Shown: positions 29,396-39,079, numbered from the stretch's first letter. The stretch is 64,000 nucleotides of DNA from Gammaproteobacteria bacterium (GCA_965243395.1 CBDEUS010000001.1:320001-384000); one strand, 5' to 3'. The notes: generated by a model from the letters alone, not told the origin. A program made the numbers and translations.

Positions 29396-30478
29396 ATGAC
29401 TGAGAATTGCGAGGCAGATACATCACGCCATGGGATTAGCTGTCACGCTAATAAAGAACGACCAGATTATTTGCTATGGAGTACTTTGAGTCTAACCACA
29501 ATCTTGTATATCTTACATTGGCAATTTTCTAGTCAAATTTCGTCCGCCACATTACTGAGTACTTTAAGTCATTCAACGTATGATTTAATAAATACCATTT
29601 GGTGGGGAATTCTCATGGGTATCCTTATGATCTCACTCTTGGGCAAAATTCCTAGAGAATTTGTTGTCTCATTACTTGGTACGGGGAGAGGTTTCAGGGG
29701 AATTATTCGCGCAACTTTAGGTGGTGTGCTACTTGATTTGTGTAGTCATGGAATTTTAATGGTTGGGGCGAAATTATATGAAAGAGGAGCTTCTTTAGGT
29801 CAAGTTATGGCTTTTTTAGTTGCCAGCCCATGGAATTCATTTTCTCTAACTCTAATTTTAATTGCCTTGATAGGATTGAAATGGACTTTAATATTCATTT
29901 TTGCTTCTATGCTAATTGCAATTACTAGTGGGGTTATCTTTGATAAATTAGTTTCTTCAAAAGTGCTACCAAAAAACCCGCACCAGATTGATTTACCAAA
30001 AGACTTTCAATTTTGGCAAGCCGCGCGAACTAGATTCAGCGATTTAAAATTTACATCAAAATTTTTTTGGACCATGGCTAAAGATGGGATTGTTGAATCA
30101 CGCATGGTAATACGTTGGATTTTATTTGGTGTTTTATTTGCCGGAGTGGTGAGAACATTTATGGATGCCGAAAGCTTTCAAAATTACTTTGGGCCAACGA
30201 TAGCTGGTCTTGCATTAACCTTGGTTGCTGCAACCATTATTGAAGTTTGTTCAGAAGGTTCAAGTCCAATTGCTGCAGATATATTGAATCGGGCACATGC
30301 GCCCGGTAATAGCTTTGCCTTTCTTATGACAGGAGTTTCGACTGATTACACGGAAGTAATGGTAATAAAAGATGCGACTAAATCTTGGAAAATCGCACTA
30401 TTTTTACCTTTGATAACGGTGCCTCAAGTAGTTGTATTGGCTTATGTATTTAATTTTGTTATGGCAATACCTGAATAA
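29396..30478 (+). CDS. predicted permease (DUF318/ArsP-like)
   Basis: DLCSHG, FLVASP, VCSEGS.P, AFLM.G..TD; many TM helices. Confidence 0.75.
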   Translation: MTENCEADTSRHGISCHANKERPDYLLWSTLSLTTILYILHWQFSSQISSATLLSTLSHSTYDLINTIWWGILMGILMISLLGKIPREFVVSLLGTGRGFRGIIRATLGGVLLDLCSHGILMVGAKLYERGASLGQVMAFLVASPWNSFSLTLILIALIGLKWTLIFIFASMLIAITSGVIFDKLVSSKVLPKNPHQIDLPKDFQFWQAARTRFSDLKFTSKFFWTMAKDGIVESRMVIRWILFGVLFAGVVRTFMDAESFQNYFGPTIAGLALTLVAATIIEVCSEGSSPIAADILNRAHAPGNSFAFLMTGVSTDYTEVMVIKDATKSWKIALFLPLITVPQVVVLAYVFNFVMAIPE

Positions 30479-30524
30479 TATTTAAATTAAAATAATTAAG
30501 CTTGTGTTTGCTTTTCATATTTTG

Positions 30525-30538
30525 TTGACATAGCTCAG
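30525..30538 (+). promoter_or_regulatory. FNR-type box (degenerate)
   Basis: TTGACATAGCTCAG; TAAAAT at 30560-30565. Confidence 0.55.
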
Positions 30539-30601
30539 TTTATAAAAATATTTTTGTCATAAAATAATATAAAAGTTGATAGAAAATATAGAGGCTCAAA
30601 A

Positions 30602-30742
30602 ATGAAATATGTATCTAAGTTTGACCACTTTTATCACGAATTAGTTACCTTTACTAAGGAAAATTGGTTTGAGGTTGCCGTATTATGCCTTTGGATGAGT
30701 ATAGTTTTTTGGATAATAATTGCATTGTTTAGTTGGTGGTAA
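30602..30742 (+). CDS. small membrane protein, 46 aa (below the ORF-track cutoff)
   Basis: GAGG RBS; MKYVSKFDHFYHELVTFTKENWFEVAVLCLWMSIVFWIIIALFSWW. Confidence 0.55.
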   Translation: MKYVSKFDHFYHELVTFTKENWFEVAVLCLWMSIVFWIIIALFSWW

Positions 30743-30803
30743 AGCTAGAATAAGAAGTTAATATTTTATTGTAATTACCATTAATTTATGGTGCTATATA
30801 AAA

Positions 30804-31238
30804 ATGGTAGTTGTTTTCATAAGCACAATTTTCGTAATTGTGTTATCTGTGGCACTTCATTATGAAGTTTTAACGCGTCTTGCAGAAAGACACTTTAAAC
30901 GCGCATGGCCTACAAGACTGCTATTACCAGTAGGTGTGTTAATTATTATTCTTACGCATGTGATTGAAGTATGGCTATTTGCAGTATTATATTATTTCTT
31001 GCTACCTATAAATAATACAGGTGAAGTGATTGGTGAATTTAGTAATGGAATTCTAGATTGCGCCTACTTCTCTTTTGTTAATTATACGTCTCTTGGTTAC
31101 GGTGATCTTGTTCCGATAGGGCATATTCGATTTACTGCTGGTTCCGAAGCTTTGACAGGTCTAGTACTAATCGCATGGACAGCATCCTTCACCTATCTTC
31201 AAATGCAGCAACTAGTACACAACAAGAATAAAAAATAA
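30804..31238 (+). CDS. small potassium-channel-family (Ion_trans_2) protein
   Basis: YFSFVNYTSLGYGDLVP selectivity-filter-like motif. Confidence 0.85.
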   Translation: MVVVFISTIFVIVLSVALHYEVLTRLAERHFKRAWPTRLLLPVGVLIIILTHVIEVWLFAVLYYFLLPINNTGEVIGEFSNGILDCAYFSFVNYTSLGYGDLVPIGHIRFTAGSEALTGLVLIAWTASFTYLQMQQLVHNKNKK

Positions 31239-31397
31239 TAGAAATCTATATAAAATAGTATTTAACGAAGTGTTATTTACAACAGCTTGTATTTCTTTCT
31301 TTAGATCCTCAATATAATTTGTTTTGCTAATTGGGCATTAATAATTAATATTATCTCACCTGGTATTTACTAAGTATCCGAACTTTTTTATGCAAAT

Positions 31398-31853
31398 TTA
31401 AAATTCAGATTCATATTCTTGGATTGAATATAGAAATAAAATTAGCTCAAATATACGGCCCCTAACTAAGGTATTGGCATATTCCGGGCTTACATGAGTC
31501 CATGTTTCTTGACTATAGCGATCTCCCCATACAGGCATTAAACGTGTGCCATGATATTTATTCATATCGCGCCCATCAATGATTAAAAACGTTTCTAGAA
31601 AAGGAAACGTGCCATCATCATTAAGTAGTTTTGTTAAATCGGAAGGTTTAAATACTAAAGCAACAGAATAGGGTCCATCTCCTTTTCCATGTTCCCCATG
31701 ACAAAGAGCACATCTTTCTTGATATTCTTTTTCACCCTCAATAATAGCGTCATCAGTTTCGGTTAACTCAATTAAATCTCTGGCATATAATGAGCTTGTC
31801 AAAGCAAAAGACAAAATTGCTAAACTTGTTAATAATTTAATGGTGGCTTTCAT
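31398..31853 (-). CDS. secreted monoheme cytochrome c (paralog 4)
   Basis: Signal peptide from MKATIK, CALCH, PSDLTKL...GTFPF, HGTRLMPVWG. Confidence 0.9.
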   Translation of the reverse strand: MKATIKLLTSLAILSFALTSSLYARDLIELTETDDAIIEGEKEYQERCALCHGEHGKGDGPYSVALVFKPSDLTKLLNDDGTFPFLETFLIIDGRDMNKYHGTRLMPVWGDRYSQETWTHVSPEYANTLVRGRIFELILFLYSIQEYESEF

Positions 31854-31909
31854 AATAATCTCACATATATTGACTAGCTTATAGAGTATTCGATGCATAT
31901 AAATAATTG

Positions 31910-31923
31910 TTGATATACATCAA
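31910..31923. promoter_or_regulatory. FNR-type box (perfect) between divergent cytochrome c and cls
   Basis: TTGATATACATCAA; TAGTAT at 31945-50 (+) and TACTCT at 31888-83 (-). Confidence 0.85.
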
Positions 31924-32024
31924 ATTTATATGACTAAGCTGTTATAGTATTAACTTCACGCATTTGTGTTTATAAAAATTAAAAAGCATGTAATGGGTTC
32001 TAAAGAAATACCCATTTACACAAG

Positions 32025-33446
32025 ATGTTTTATCAATTTGTATTAGGAGTATTTATATTGCTCACAGCTGTTTATTCAGCTGTGCATGCTTTAGTTTATA
32101 AAAAAGATCCTAGAGCTGCGTTTGGTTGGATTGCAGTTTGTATTTTCTTGCCTTTGCTTGGGCCGTTTCTCTATTTCATATTTGGAATAAATCGTGTGCG
32201 AAAACGTGCGCTTCGACTTAACATATCTGCACATCAAGAAGACACACATAAAGAACATAATGTAACGAGCGATGATTTTGACACTCAAATCCCTGAATCA
32301 TTAAAAAGCCTTGAAAAAGTATCCAGTCGTGTAACCGGTCTACAATTAACAGGTGGTAATACGTTAGAAGAGTTTTATTCCGGTGAGCAAACTTATCACG
32401 AGATGTTAGAAGCAATAAATTCTGCAAAAAAATTTATTTATTTGTGCATATACATTTTTAAAAAAGATAAAATAGGCAAACAGTTTATTGACGTACTAAT
32501 TGCTGCAAAAAATCGAGGTGTAGATGTTTATGTATTGATTGATGGTATTGGTGAGTTTTATTCTTTTCGAAAAGTTCGGCGAACACTTGTAAAGAATGGT
32601 GTAAAAGTATTGCGGTTTTTGCCACCTAAACTGATTCCTTTTAATTTAAGTATTAATTTGCGCAACCATCGCAAGTTGTTGGTAATAGATAGCAGTATAA
32701 GTTTTATTGGTGGCATGAATATATCGCAAGATTATTATCAACACGATGAAAGTAGTAATCCGCCATTAACAGATATTCATTTCAAGGTTACTGGCCCCAT
32801 AGTCAATCAGTTACAAAATGTATTTGAAATAGATTGGCAATTTATCGGAGGAGAGATCAATACAAATTCAGATATAGAAACATCAAGCTTTAAAAAACCA
32901 GTGATATGTCGAACCATCATAGACGGTCCTGGGGAAAATTTAGATCATCTTTCAATTATTTTGTTAAGTGCAATTAATTCTGCACAGCAAACAATGATTT
33001 TGATGACGCCATATTTTCTGCCCAATCGAGCATTGATTGCAGCCATGCAAACTGCAGCATTGCGCGGAGTAAATGCTACTATTATTTTGCCTGAGCGGAG
33101 TAATTTAAGCTATGTGCATTGGGCAACTCGCCATATGCTTTGGGAATTGCTTATTAATGGCGTAAATGTTTTTTATCAGTCAGGTCCTTTTTCGCATTCG
33201 AAATTATTCGTAATTGATGGCGTATATAGTGTCATTGGATCTGCGAATATAGATCCTCGTAGCCTTAGATTGAATTATGAAGTAGGTCTGGAAGTTTATA
33301 ATGAAGAATTTGCAACTAAATTAAATAATCATGCTCAAAATATTTTGCAAAGCTGTAGAAGGGTGACGTTAGAAGAAGTAGATAGTCGGCCATTACCGAT
33401 AAAAATTCGTGATGGGGTAGCATGGTTATTTTCACCATACTTATAA
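32025..33446 (+). CDS. cls: cardiolipin synthase (PLD family)
   Basis: N-terminal PLDc_N TMs; RNHRKLLVID and HSKLFVID HKD motifs; GSANIDPRSL.LN.E. Confidence 0.92.
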   Translation: MFYQFVLGVFILLTAVYSAVHALVYKKDPRAAFGWIAVCIFLPLLGPFLYFIFGINRVRKRALRLNISAHQEDTHKEHNVTSDDFDTQIPESLKSLEKVSSRVTGLQLTGGNTLEEFYSGEQTYHEMLEAINSAKKFIYLCIYIFKKDKIGKQFIDVLIAAKNRGVDVYVLIDGIGEFYSFRKVRRTLVKNGVKVLRFLPPKLIPFNLSINLRNHRKLLVIDSSISFIGGMNISQDYYQHDESSNPPLTDIHFKVTGPIVNQLQNVFEIDWQFIGGEINTNSDIETSSFKKPVICRTIIDGPGENLDHLSIILLSAINSAQQTMILMTPYFLPNRALIAAMQTAALRGVNATIILPERSNLSYVHWATRHMLWELLINGVNVFYQSGPFSHSKLFVIDGVYSVIGSANIDPRSLRLNYEVGLEVYNEEFATKLNNHAQNILQSCRRVTLEEVDSRPLPIKIRDGVAWLFSPYL

Positions 33447-33466
33447 ATCAAATAGCTAATTAAACT

Positions 33467-34381
33467 TTGAAAAAGAAAACTAAAATTTCACTAGTATTGG
33501 GTAGTGGTGCTGCACGTGGCTTAGCGCATATTGGTGCAATTAATTGTTTGGAAGACAATAACTATCAAATTCAGTACATCTCGGGTTCTTCAATGGGTGC
33601 TTTAGTAGGTGGTATATATGCAGCCGGTGAATTAGACACCTATGTGAATTGGGTAAAGGAGCTGAAACGGAGAAACATTATTCGTCTATTGGATATTTCA
33701 TTTAATCGAAAATCATTATTCAAAGGTGAAAAGATAATTGAGGTACTTAACGAGATTATTAAAGATCGTAGAATAGAAGATTTACCCATTGGTTACACTG
33801 CAGTTGCAACAGATATTCTCGAGCAAAAAGAAATATGGCTTACCCAGGGATCACTATTTGAGGCTATTCGCGCCTCCATCGCGGTACCGATGATTTTTTC
33901 TCCGGTCCAGTATCAAGATAGAGTATTAGTTGATGGTGGCGTTATTAATCCCATACCCATTGCGCCTACATTGAATGATGATACTGAACTAACAGTAGCG
34001 ATCGGTCTTAATGGACCGCCAGAAATTTTCGAATCAGAGCACGAAGATGAACAGAATGAAAATCCTGAAGATCAAGGTAAAAATAAATATCAGCTAGGGA
34101 TTGAAAAGTTTATAGAAGGTTTATTGCCTAAGGTTACAAATGATAAGAGTAAACAGGATTTAGGTCTTTTTAATCTGGTGACCCAGTCTATGGATACCAT
34201 GCAAACATCTATTGCCCGCTTTAAACTTGCAGCCAATCGACCAGACATCGTAATCGAAATTCCTCGCAATATTTGTAGCTGGTTTGAGTTTGATCGAGCG
34301 GAGGAACTTATAGAATTTGGTTATGCCAGAACGTTTGATGGACTTAAACAGTTTGAAGAAATTCTAGAACGTAGGAAATAA
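33467..34381 (+). CDS. patatin-like phospholipase (RssA/NTE type)
   Basis: LGSGAARGLAHIG, GSSMG, VDGG. Confidence 0.92.
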   Translation: MKKKTKISLVLGSGAARGLAHIGAINCLEDNNYQIQYISGSSMGALVGGIYAAGELDTYVNWVKELKRRNIIRLLDISFNRKSLFKGEKIIEVLNEIIKDRRIEDLPIGYTAVATDILEQKEIWLTQGSLFEAIRASIAVPMIFSPVQYQDRVLVDGGVINPIPIAPTLNDDTELTVAIGLNGPPEIFESEHEDEQNENPEDQGKNKYQLGIEKFIEGLLPKVTNDKSKQDLGLFNLVTQSMDTMQTSIARFKLAANRPDIVIEIPRNICSWFEFDRAEELIEFGYARTFDGLKQFEEILERRK

Positions 34382-34418
34382 GTCAACAAAACTATTTGTT
34401 GTTGGCCCTATATTAAAT

Positions 34419-34598
34419 TTAAGTTGTTTCGAGCAAAGGATCGTATTGACCTTCCGGGAGAAATTCAATTTTCCAGGCTAACCACGATTTATTGCTCACT
34501 AATAAACAACTTTCCTCATTCAAATGAGTAATTAAATATCGGTCATCCATCTGCTCCAAGCAGTCTTGATCAAACTTATATTTATTTTTAATGCTCAT
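34419..34598 (-). CDS. possible 59-aa hypothetical protein
   Basis: Open frame MSIKNKYKFDQDCLEQMDDRYL...YDPLLETT with a weak GGGA RBS. Confidence 0.3.
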   Translation of the reverse strand: MSIKNKYKFDQDCLEQMDDRYLITHLNEESCLLVSNKSWLAWKIEFLPEGQYDPLLETT

Positions 34599-34869
34599 AA
34601 CACTAATCCCAACTATTTAGATGTATTAAGGTTAATTGAATAATATTTAATATATATGATGTATTAATTTAAATATTCAGATTTATCAGAATTAAATTAC
34701 CATTTATCTGTGAGTTAAAGTTTTATTTTAAAACAAAACGAGAACTATTCTTTATGGCAACAATTTGCCGCATGCACGGCTCATTAGGATTGTTTTATTT
34801 TGTTAATTTTTGGTTCAGATATGGACCAAGTTGTAATTGAAATAGTTTGAATATGTAAGTGAAAGTTTA

Positions 34870-34945
34870 TGGCTCCCCGGGACGGGCTCGAACCGCCGAC
34901 CTAGTGATTAACAGTCACCCGCTCTACCAACTGAGCTACCGGGGA
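34870..34945 (-). tRNA. tRNA-Asn (GTT)
   Basis: TCCCCGGTAGCTCAGTTGGTAGAGCGGGTGACTGTTAATCACTAGGTCGGCGGTTCGAGCCCGTCCCGGGGAGCCA. Confidence 0.97.
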
Positions 34946-35306
34946 ATAAGGAAGCGGCAGATGGTATCGGCCGCGATCATAATGGTCAACATGGATTAGG
35001 TAGTATGACTTATCTTTCATATTATAAGGCCATTTGCTGGCATTGTTTCTAATCTCCGTAATAAGCAGACTTTTTTGAGCAACGTCCCGTTTTAGGGCAT
35101 TTTTTACCGAGATCCAAATGGTTTCGTTTATCGGCATTAGATACACCTTTGGTTTTTTGCGCTAAAACTGCCTCTCAGGTCATCAGTCCTATAGTACCAA
35201 TAAGCGGCAACCATAGTCCGTAGGTCTTTGATCGTTCTATAAATATTCCTCAATTCACGGTTTATGCCGTGATTGTCTATTGTGTGAATACAAGGAGTGA
35301 CACAAA

Positions 35307-35687
35307 GTGAGTAACGTAACGCTATTTGACTATAGTGGCCATCAAATACGGGTCGTCAAGGATGAGGCCGGTGTAGCATGGTTTGTTGCGGCAGATATTT
35401 GTAGATGCTTAGGGTTAGCAATCAACAAACGAACCGGCAAGCCGAATGTGACAGTAGCAACTCGAAATTTAGGTGATGATCAAAAACGTAAATATCGAAT
35501 TGATACACCAGAGAATCCTAAAAATCCGTGGATTGATATGATGATTTTATCTGAAGATGGTATGTATAAAATGCTACGCATCTCGGATAGCTTAGACGTG
35601 CAACGATTTAAGCAGCATGTACAGCGTGAAGTAATGCCCCAATTTACTAACGGCGCATCAACCACAATGTACGCCAGCCAAGGTTAA
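35307..35687 (+). CDS. Bro-N domain (phage antirepressor-like) protein
   Basis: F...IRVV.DE.G..WFVAADIC..LG, LSE.G.Y..L..S......F...V..EVMP; AAGGAG RBS. Confidence 0.85.
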   Translation: MSNVTLFDYSGHQIRVVKDEAGVAWFVAADICRCLGLAINKRTGKPNVTVATRNLGDDQKRKYRIDTPENPKNPWIDMMILSEDGMYKMLRISDSLDVQRFKQHVQREVMPQFTNGASTTMYASQG

Positions 35688-35695
35688 ATTACATT

Positions 35696-35721
35696 CCAAC
35701 GTTTGGCATTCCAAACGTTGG
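35696..35721. terminator. hairpin between convergent bro and aspC
   Basis: CCAACGTTTGG-CATT-CCAAACGTTGG perfect 11-bp stem. Confidence 0.6.
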
Positions 35722-35738
35722 CAATACCTTTTAATAGT

Positions 35739-36917
35739 CTACAAATCACCCAAGCGAGCCATCGCTTGTTCTAATACATCCATACTGGTGGCATAAGAAA
35801 AACGAATATGCCCCGGTGATCCAAATGCAGTACCAGGCACTCCGGCAATACCCGCTGCATTCAATAAGTGTTCAGCAAATTCAACATCGTTAGAAGTTTC
35901 ATTCGTGCGGTCTATTAAACCCTGAACATTAGGGAAGCAATAAAACGTGCCATCACACTGCAAACAACTTACACCATCAATATCGTTAAGTGCCTTAACA
36001 ATATAATCATGGCGTTCTTCAAAAGCTTTACACATCGTTGCAACACAATCTTGGTTACCGGTTAAAGCGGCTTCCGCTGCGGCTTGAGAAATCGAGCTAG
36101 GATTGGATGTACTTTGGGATTGTATTTTAGTCATGGCTTTTATGACGTCTACAGGTCCTGCCGCATAACCTATTCGCCATCCCGTCATAGAGTACACTTT
36201 TGAAACGCCATTTAGAATAATTGTGCGATCTTTTAGTGAAGGAGTTGTGTTTAATATATTTACAAACTTTTGTCCTCCAAACATGATGTGCTCATAAATG
36301 TCGTCCGTGACAACAACTATATCTTTATGTTGTTCCAATACTTTTCCAATTTCGCTCAACTCATCTTTTGTATAAGCAATACCCGATGGATTCGATGGGC
36401 TGTTCATAACAAACAATTTGCTTTTGGGAGTAATATGTTTTTCTAAATCCGCTGCAGTGATTTTGCACCGATGCTCAACATCACTTGGGATGATTACCGG
36501 CTCGCCACCCGCAAGTAATGCCATATCCGGATAAGATACCCAGTACGGAGCTGGAATTAATACCTCGTCACCTTCATTTAATATGGCTTGGCACAAGTTA
36601 TAAAACACTTGCTTGCCGCCGTTGGAAACCATAACTTCATCACGGCTATATTCAAGAGCATTATCTCGGGAGAATTTTTCTATAACCGCATCTTTTAAAG
36701 AGAGTGTTCCAGGTACAGGTGTGTACTTTGTTTTCCCTTCTTGCATGGCCTTTTGTGCCGCAGCTTTAATGTGCTCGGGTGTATCGAAATCAGGCTCACC
36801 ACCGGCTAAATTGAGAATGTCTCCACCTTCAGCACGGATTTGATTCGCACGTGCAGTTATCGCTAAAGTGACGGATGGTTGTATACGAGATACACGATTG
36901 GCTAATGGGCTGCTCAC
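35739..36917 (-). CDS. aspC: aspartate aminotransferase (class I/II PLP)
   Basis: GEPDFDTP, PAPYWVSYP, NSPSNPSG, DDIYE, SKVYSMTGWRIGY. Confidence 0.9.
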   Translation of the reverse strand: MSSPLANRVSRIQPSVTLAITARANQIRAEGGDILNLAGGEPDFDTPEHIKAAAQKAMQEGKTKYTPVPGTLSLKDAVIEKFSRDNALEYSRDEVMVSNGGKQVFYNLCQAILNEGDEVLIPAPYWVSYPDMALLAGGEPVIIPSDVEHRCKITAADLEKHITPKSKLFVMNSPSNPSGIAYTKDELSEIGKVLEQHKDIVVVTDDIYEHIMFGGQKFVNILNTTPSLKDRTIILNGVSKVYSMTGWRIGYAAGPVDVIKAMTKIQSQSTSNPSSISQAAAEAALTGNQDCVATMCKAFEERHDYIVKALNDIDGVSCLQCDGTFYCFPNVQGLIDRTNETSNDVEFAEHLLNAAGIAGVPGTAFGSPGHIRFSYATSMDVLEQAMARLGDL

Positions 36918-37041
36918 GAAAGTTCCTAATATATGTTGGGTGTGTATAGTTTAATCGAGCAACACTTTACAGGCAGCAAGTATCTTAGGTGAACTTTCAA
37001 AAAGAGATAAGTCTATATATGTTTAAAATTTCATCATATCT

Positions 37042-39075
37042 ATGAGCGATCAGTTTCAACTAAATACCAAATTTGACCCAGCTGGGGATCAACCGGAGGC
37101 GATTTCTACCCTGGTGGAAGGCCTGAATGATGGCCTGGCGCATCAAACCCTTTTGGGAGTAACCGGATCAGGAAAGACTTTCACGATTGCGAACGTTGTG
37201 CAGCAAGTGCAACGCCCCACCATCATACTGGCTCCAAACAAAACGTTGGCAGCTCAACTTTACGGTGAGATGAAAGAGTTTTTTCCCAAAAATGCTGTCG
37301 AGTATTTTGTTTCTTATTATGACTATTACCAACCAGAAGCCTATGTGCCTTCCAGTGATACATTTATAGAAAAAGATGCATCGGTAAACGACCACATCGA
37401 GCAAATGCGGCTTTCAGCAACTAAAGCTTTGTTTGAAAGACCGGACACAATCATCGTCGCGACCGTATCCGCAATTTACGGACTAGGTGATCCAAAAGCC
37501 TATCTAGGTATGGTCATGCATTTAGACCGCGGTGACCGTGTTGATCAGCGCAAGTTACTGCGAAGACTGGCGGAATTGCAATACAGTCGCAATGACTTTG
37601 AATTACGTCGCGGTACTTTTCGAGTGCATGGCGAAGTGATTGATGTGCATCCGGCGGAATCCGAGCGTGAAGGGATTCGTATCGAGTTGTTCGATGATGA
37701 AATCGAAAACTTAAGCTACTTTGATCCGCTAACAGGTGAGTTGATTCGTAAAGTTCCACGTTTGACGATTTATCCCAAAACACACTATGTCACTCCGCGC
37801 GAAATATTGTTGAATGCCATAGAACAAATTAAAGAAGAACTTAAAGATCGTTTGCAGATATTGCGTGATGCAAATCGCTTAGTTGAAGAACAACGCTTGG
37901 AACAGCGCACGCGATTTGATTTGGAAATGATTCAGGAAATTGGTTATTGCGCAGGTATTGAAAATTATTCCCGTTATCTATCAGGACGTGCAGCGGGCGA
38001 ACCACCTCCATGCTTACTGGATTATCTGCCTGACAATGCCTTAATGGTAATGGATGAAAGCCACGTATCGGTTCCCCAGTTTGGTGGAATGTACAAAGGC
38101 GATCGCTCTCGAAAAGAAACACTGGTGGAGTATGGTTTTCGTTTACCTTCGGCTCTAGATAATCGTCCTCTAAAGTTTGAAGAATTTGAAGATTTAGCCC
38201 CGCAAATGATTTATGTCTCAGCAACACCCGGTCCTTATGAAGCTGAAAAGTCGGATGCAGTTGCGGAACAAGTTGTTCGCCCTACGGGTTTGGTTGATCC
38301 CGAAATCGAAGTGCGTCCAGCGGTGTCTCAAGTTGATGACGTGCTATCCGAGATTACAGAAAGAGTTCAAAAAGATGAGCGAATACTCATTACAACGCTC
38401 ACCAAACGAATGGCAGAAGACTTAACCGAGTATTTAGATGAACATGGTGTTCGCGTTCGTTATTTGCATTCTGATATTGATACGGTAGAGCGTGTAGAAA
38501 TTATTCGAAGTCTACGTAAAGGCGATTTTGATGTTTTAGTTGGTATTAATCTATTGCGAGAAGGGTTAGATATCCCAGAAGTTTCATTAGTTGCGATTCT
38601 GGATGCGGATAAAGAAGGGTTCTTGCGTTCGGAGCGTTCACTCATTCAAACAGTCGGTCGTGCGGCAAGACATTTAAACGGCAAGGCGTTGATGTATGCT
38701 GATGATTTAACGGGATCAATGAAGCGGGCGATAGAAGAAACCAATCGTCGTCGTGATAAGCAACTAGCTTTTAATGAAAAGCATGGCATCACACCAAAAG
38801 GAATAAAAAAGAAAGTCTCTGACATCATGGAGGGTGCGCATAAAATGCCTTATGAGTTGGTTGGTAAGCGTGAGAAACTTTCAAAAGTAGCTGAAGAAAT
38901 AATCCAGTATTCACGCACCAGTCCAGAACATGGAATGAAAAAAGTCAAACAGCTCGAACAAAAGATGTATGAGCATGCAAAAAATTTGGAGTTTGAAGAA
39001 GCGGCAAAAATGCGTGATGAAATCGTAAGATTGAAAGATATTATTTTAGGCAAGCCAGAAACTAAGGCGGGTTAA
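37042..39075 (+). CDS. uvrB: excinuclease ABC subunit B
   Basis: [34 protein letters not shown]-terminal UVR domain. Confidence 0.98.
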   Translation: MSDQFQLNTKFDPAGDQPEAISTLVEGLNDGLAHQTLLGVTGSGKTFTIANVVQQVQRPTIILAPNKTLAAQLYGEMKEFFPKNAVEYFVSYYDYYQPEAYVPSSDTFIEKDASVNDHIEQMRLSATKALFERPDTIIVATVSAIYGLGDPKAYLGMVMHLDRGDRVDQRKLLRRLAELQYSRNDFELRRGTFRVHGEVIDVHPAESEREGIRIELFDDEIENLSYFDPLTGELIRKVPRLTIYPKTHYVTPREILLNAIEQIKEELKDRLQILRDANRLVEEQRLEQRTRFDLEMIQEIGYCAGIENYSRYLSGRAAGEPPPCLLDYLPDNALMVMDESHVSVPQFGGMYKGDRSRKETLVEYGFRLPSALDNRPLKFEEFEDLAPQMIYVSATPGPYEAEKSDAVAEQVVRPTGLVDPEIEVRPAVSQVDDVLSEITERVQKDERILITTLTKRMAEDLTEYLDEHGVRVRYLHSDIDTVERVEIIRSLRKGDFDVLVGINLLREGLDIPEVSLVAILDADKEGFLRSERSLIQTVGRAARHLNGKALMYADDLTGSMKRAIEETNRRRDKQLAFNEKHGITPKGIKKKVSDIMEGAHKMPYELVGKREKLSKVAEEIIQYSRTSPEHGMKKVKQLEQKMYEHAKNLEFEEAAKMRDEIVRLKDIILGKPETKAG

Positions 39076-39079
39076 TGAG

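Larger units (their letters stand above)
13495..34869. other. accessory low-oxygen/stress gene block between galU and the 3' end of tRNA-Asn
   Basis: Visibly more AT-rich; many short genes in alternating orientation; dense FNR boxes; contains its own regulators; no integrase seen. Confidence 0.7.

Noticed and set aside
34901-35146. 81-aa ORF on the minus strand
   Set aside because: Overlaps tRNA-Asn (SPVAQLVERVTVNH is translated tRNA); spurious
13495-35721. Active prophage or integrative element at tRNA-Asn
   Set aside because: No integrase, transposase or structural genes; only a Bro-N gene and a short tRNA-matching repeat
36918-37041. LexA (SOS) box upstream of uvrB
   Set aside because: No CTGT-N8-ACAG found by eye
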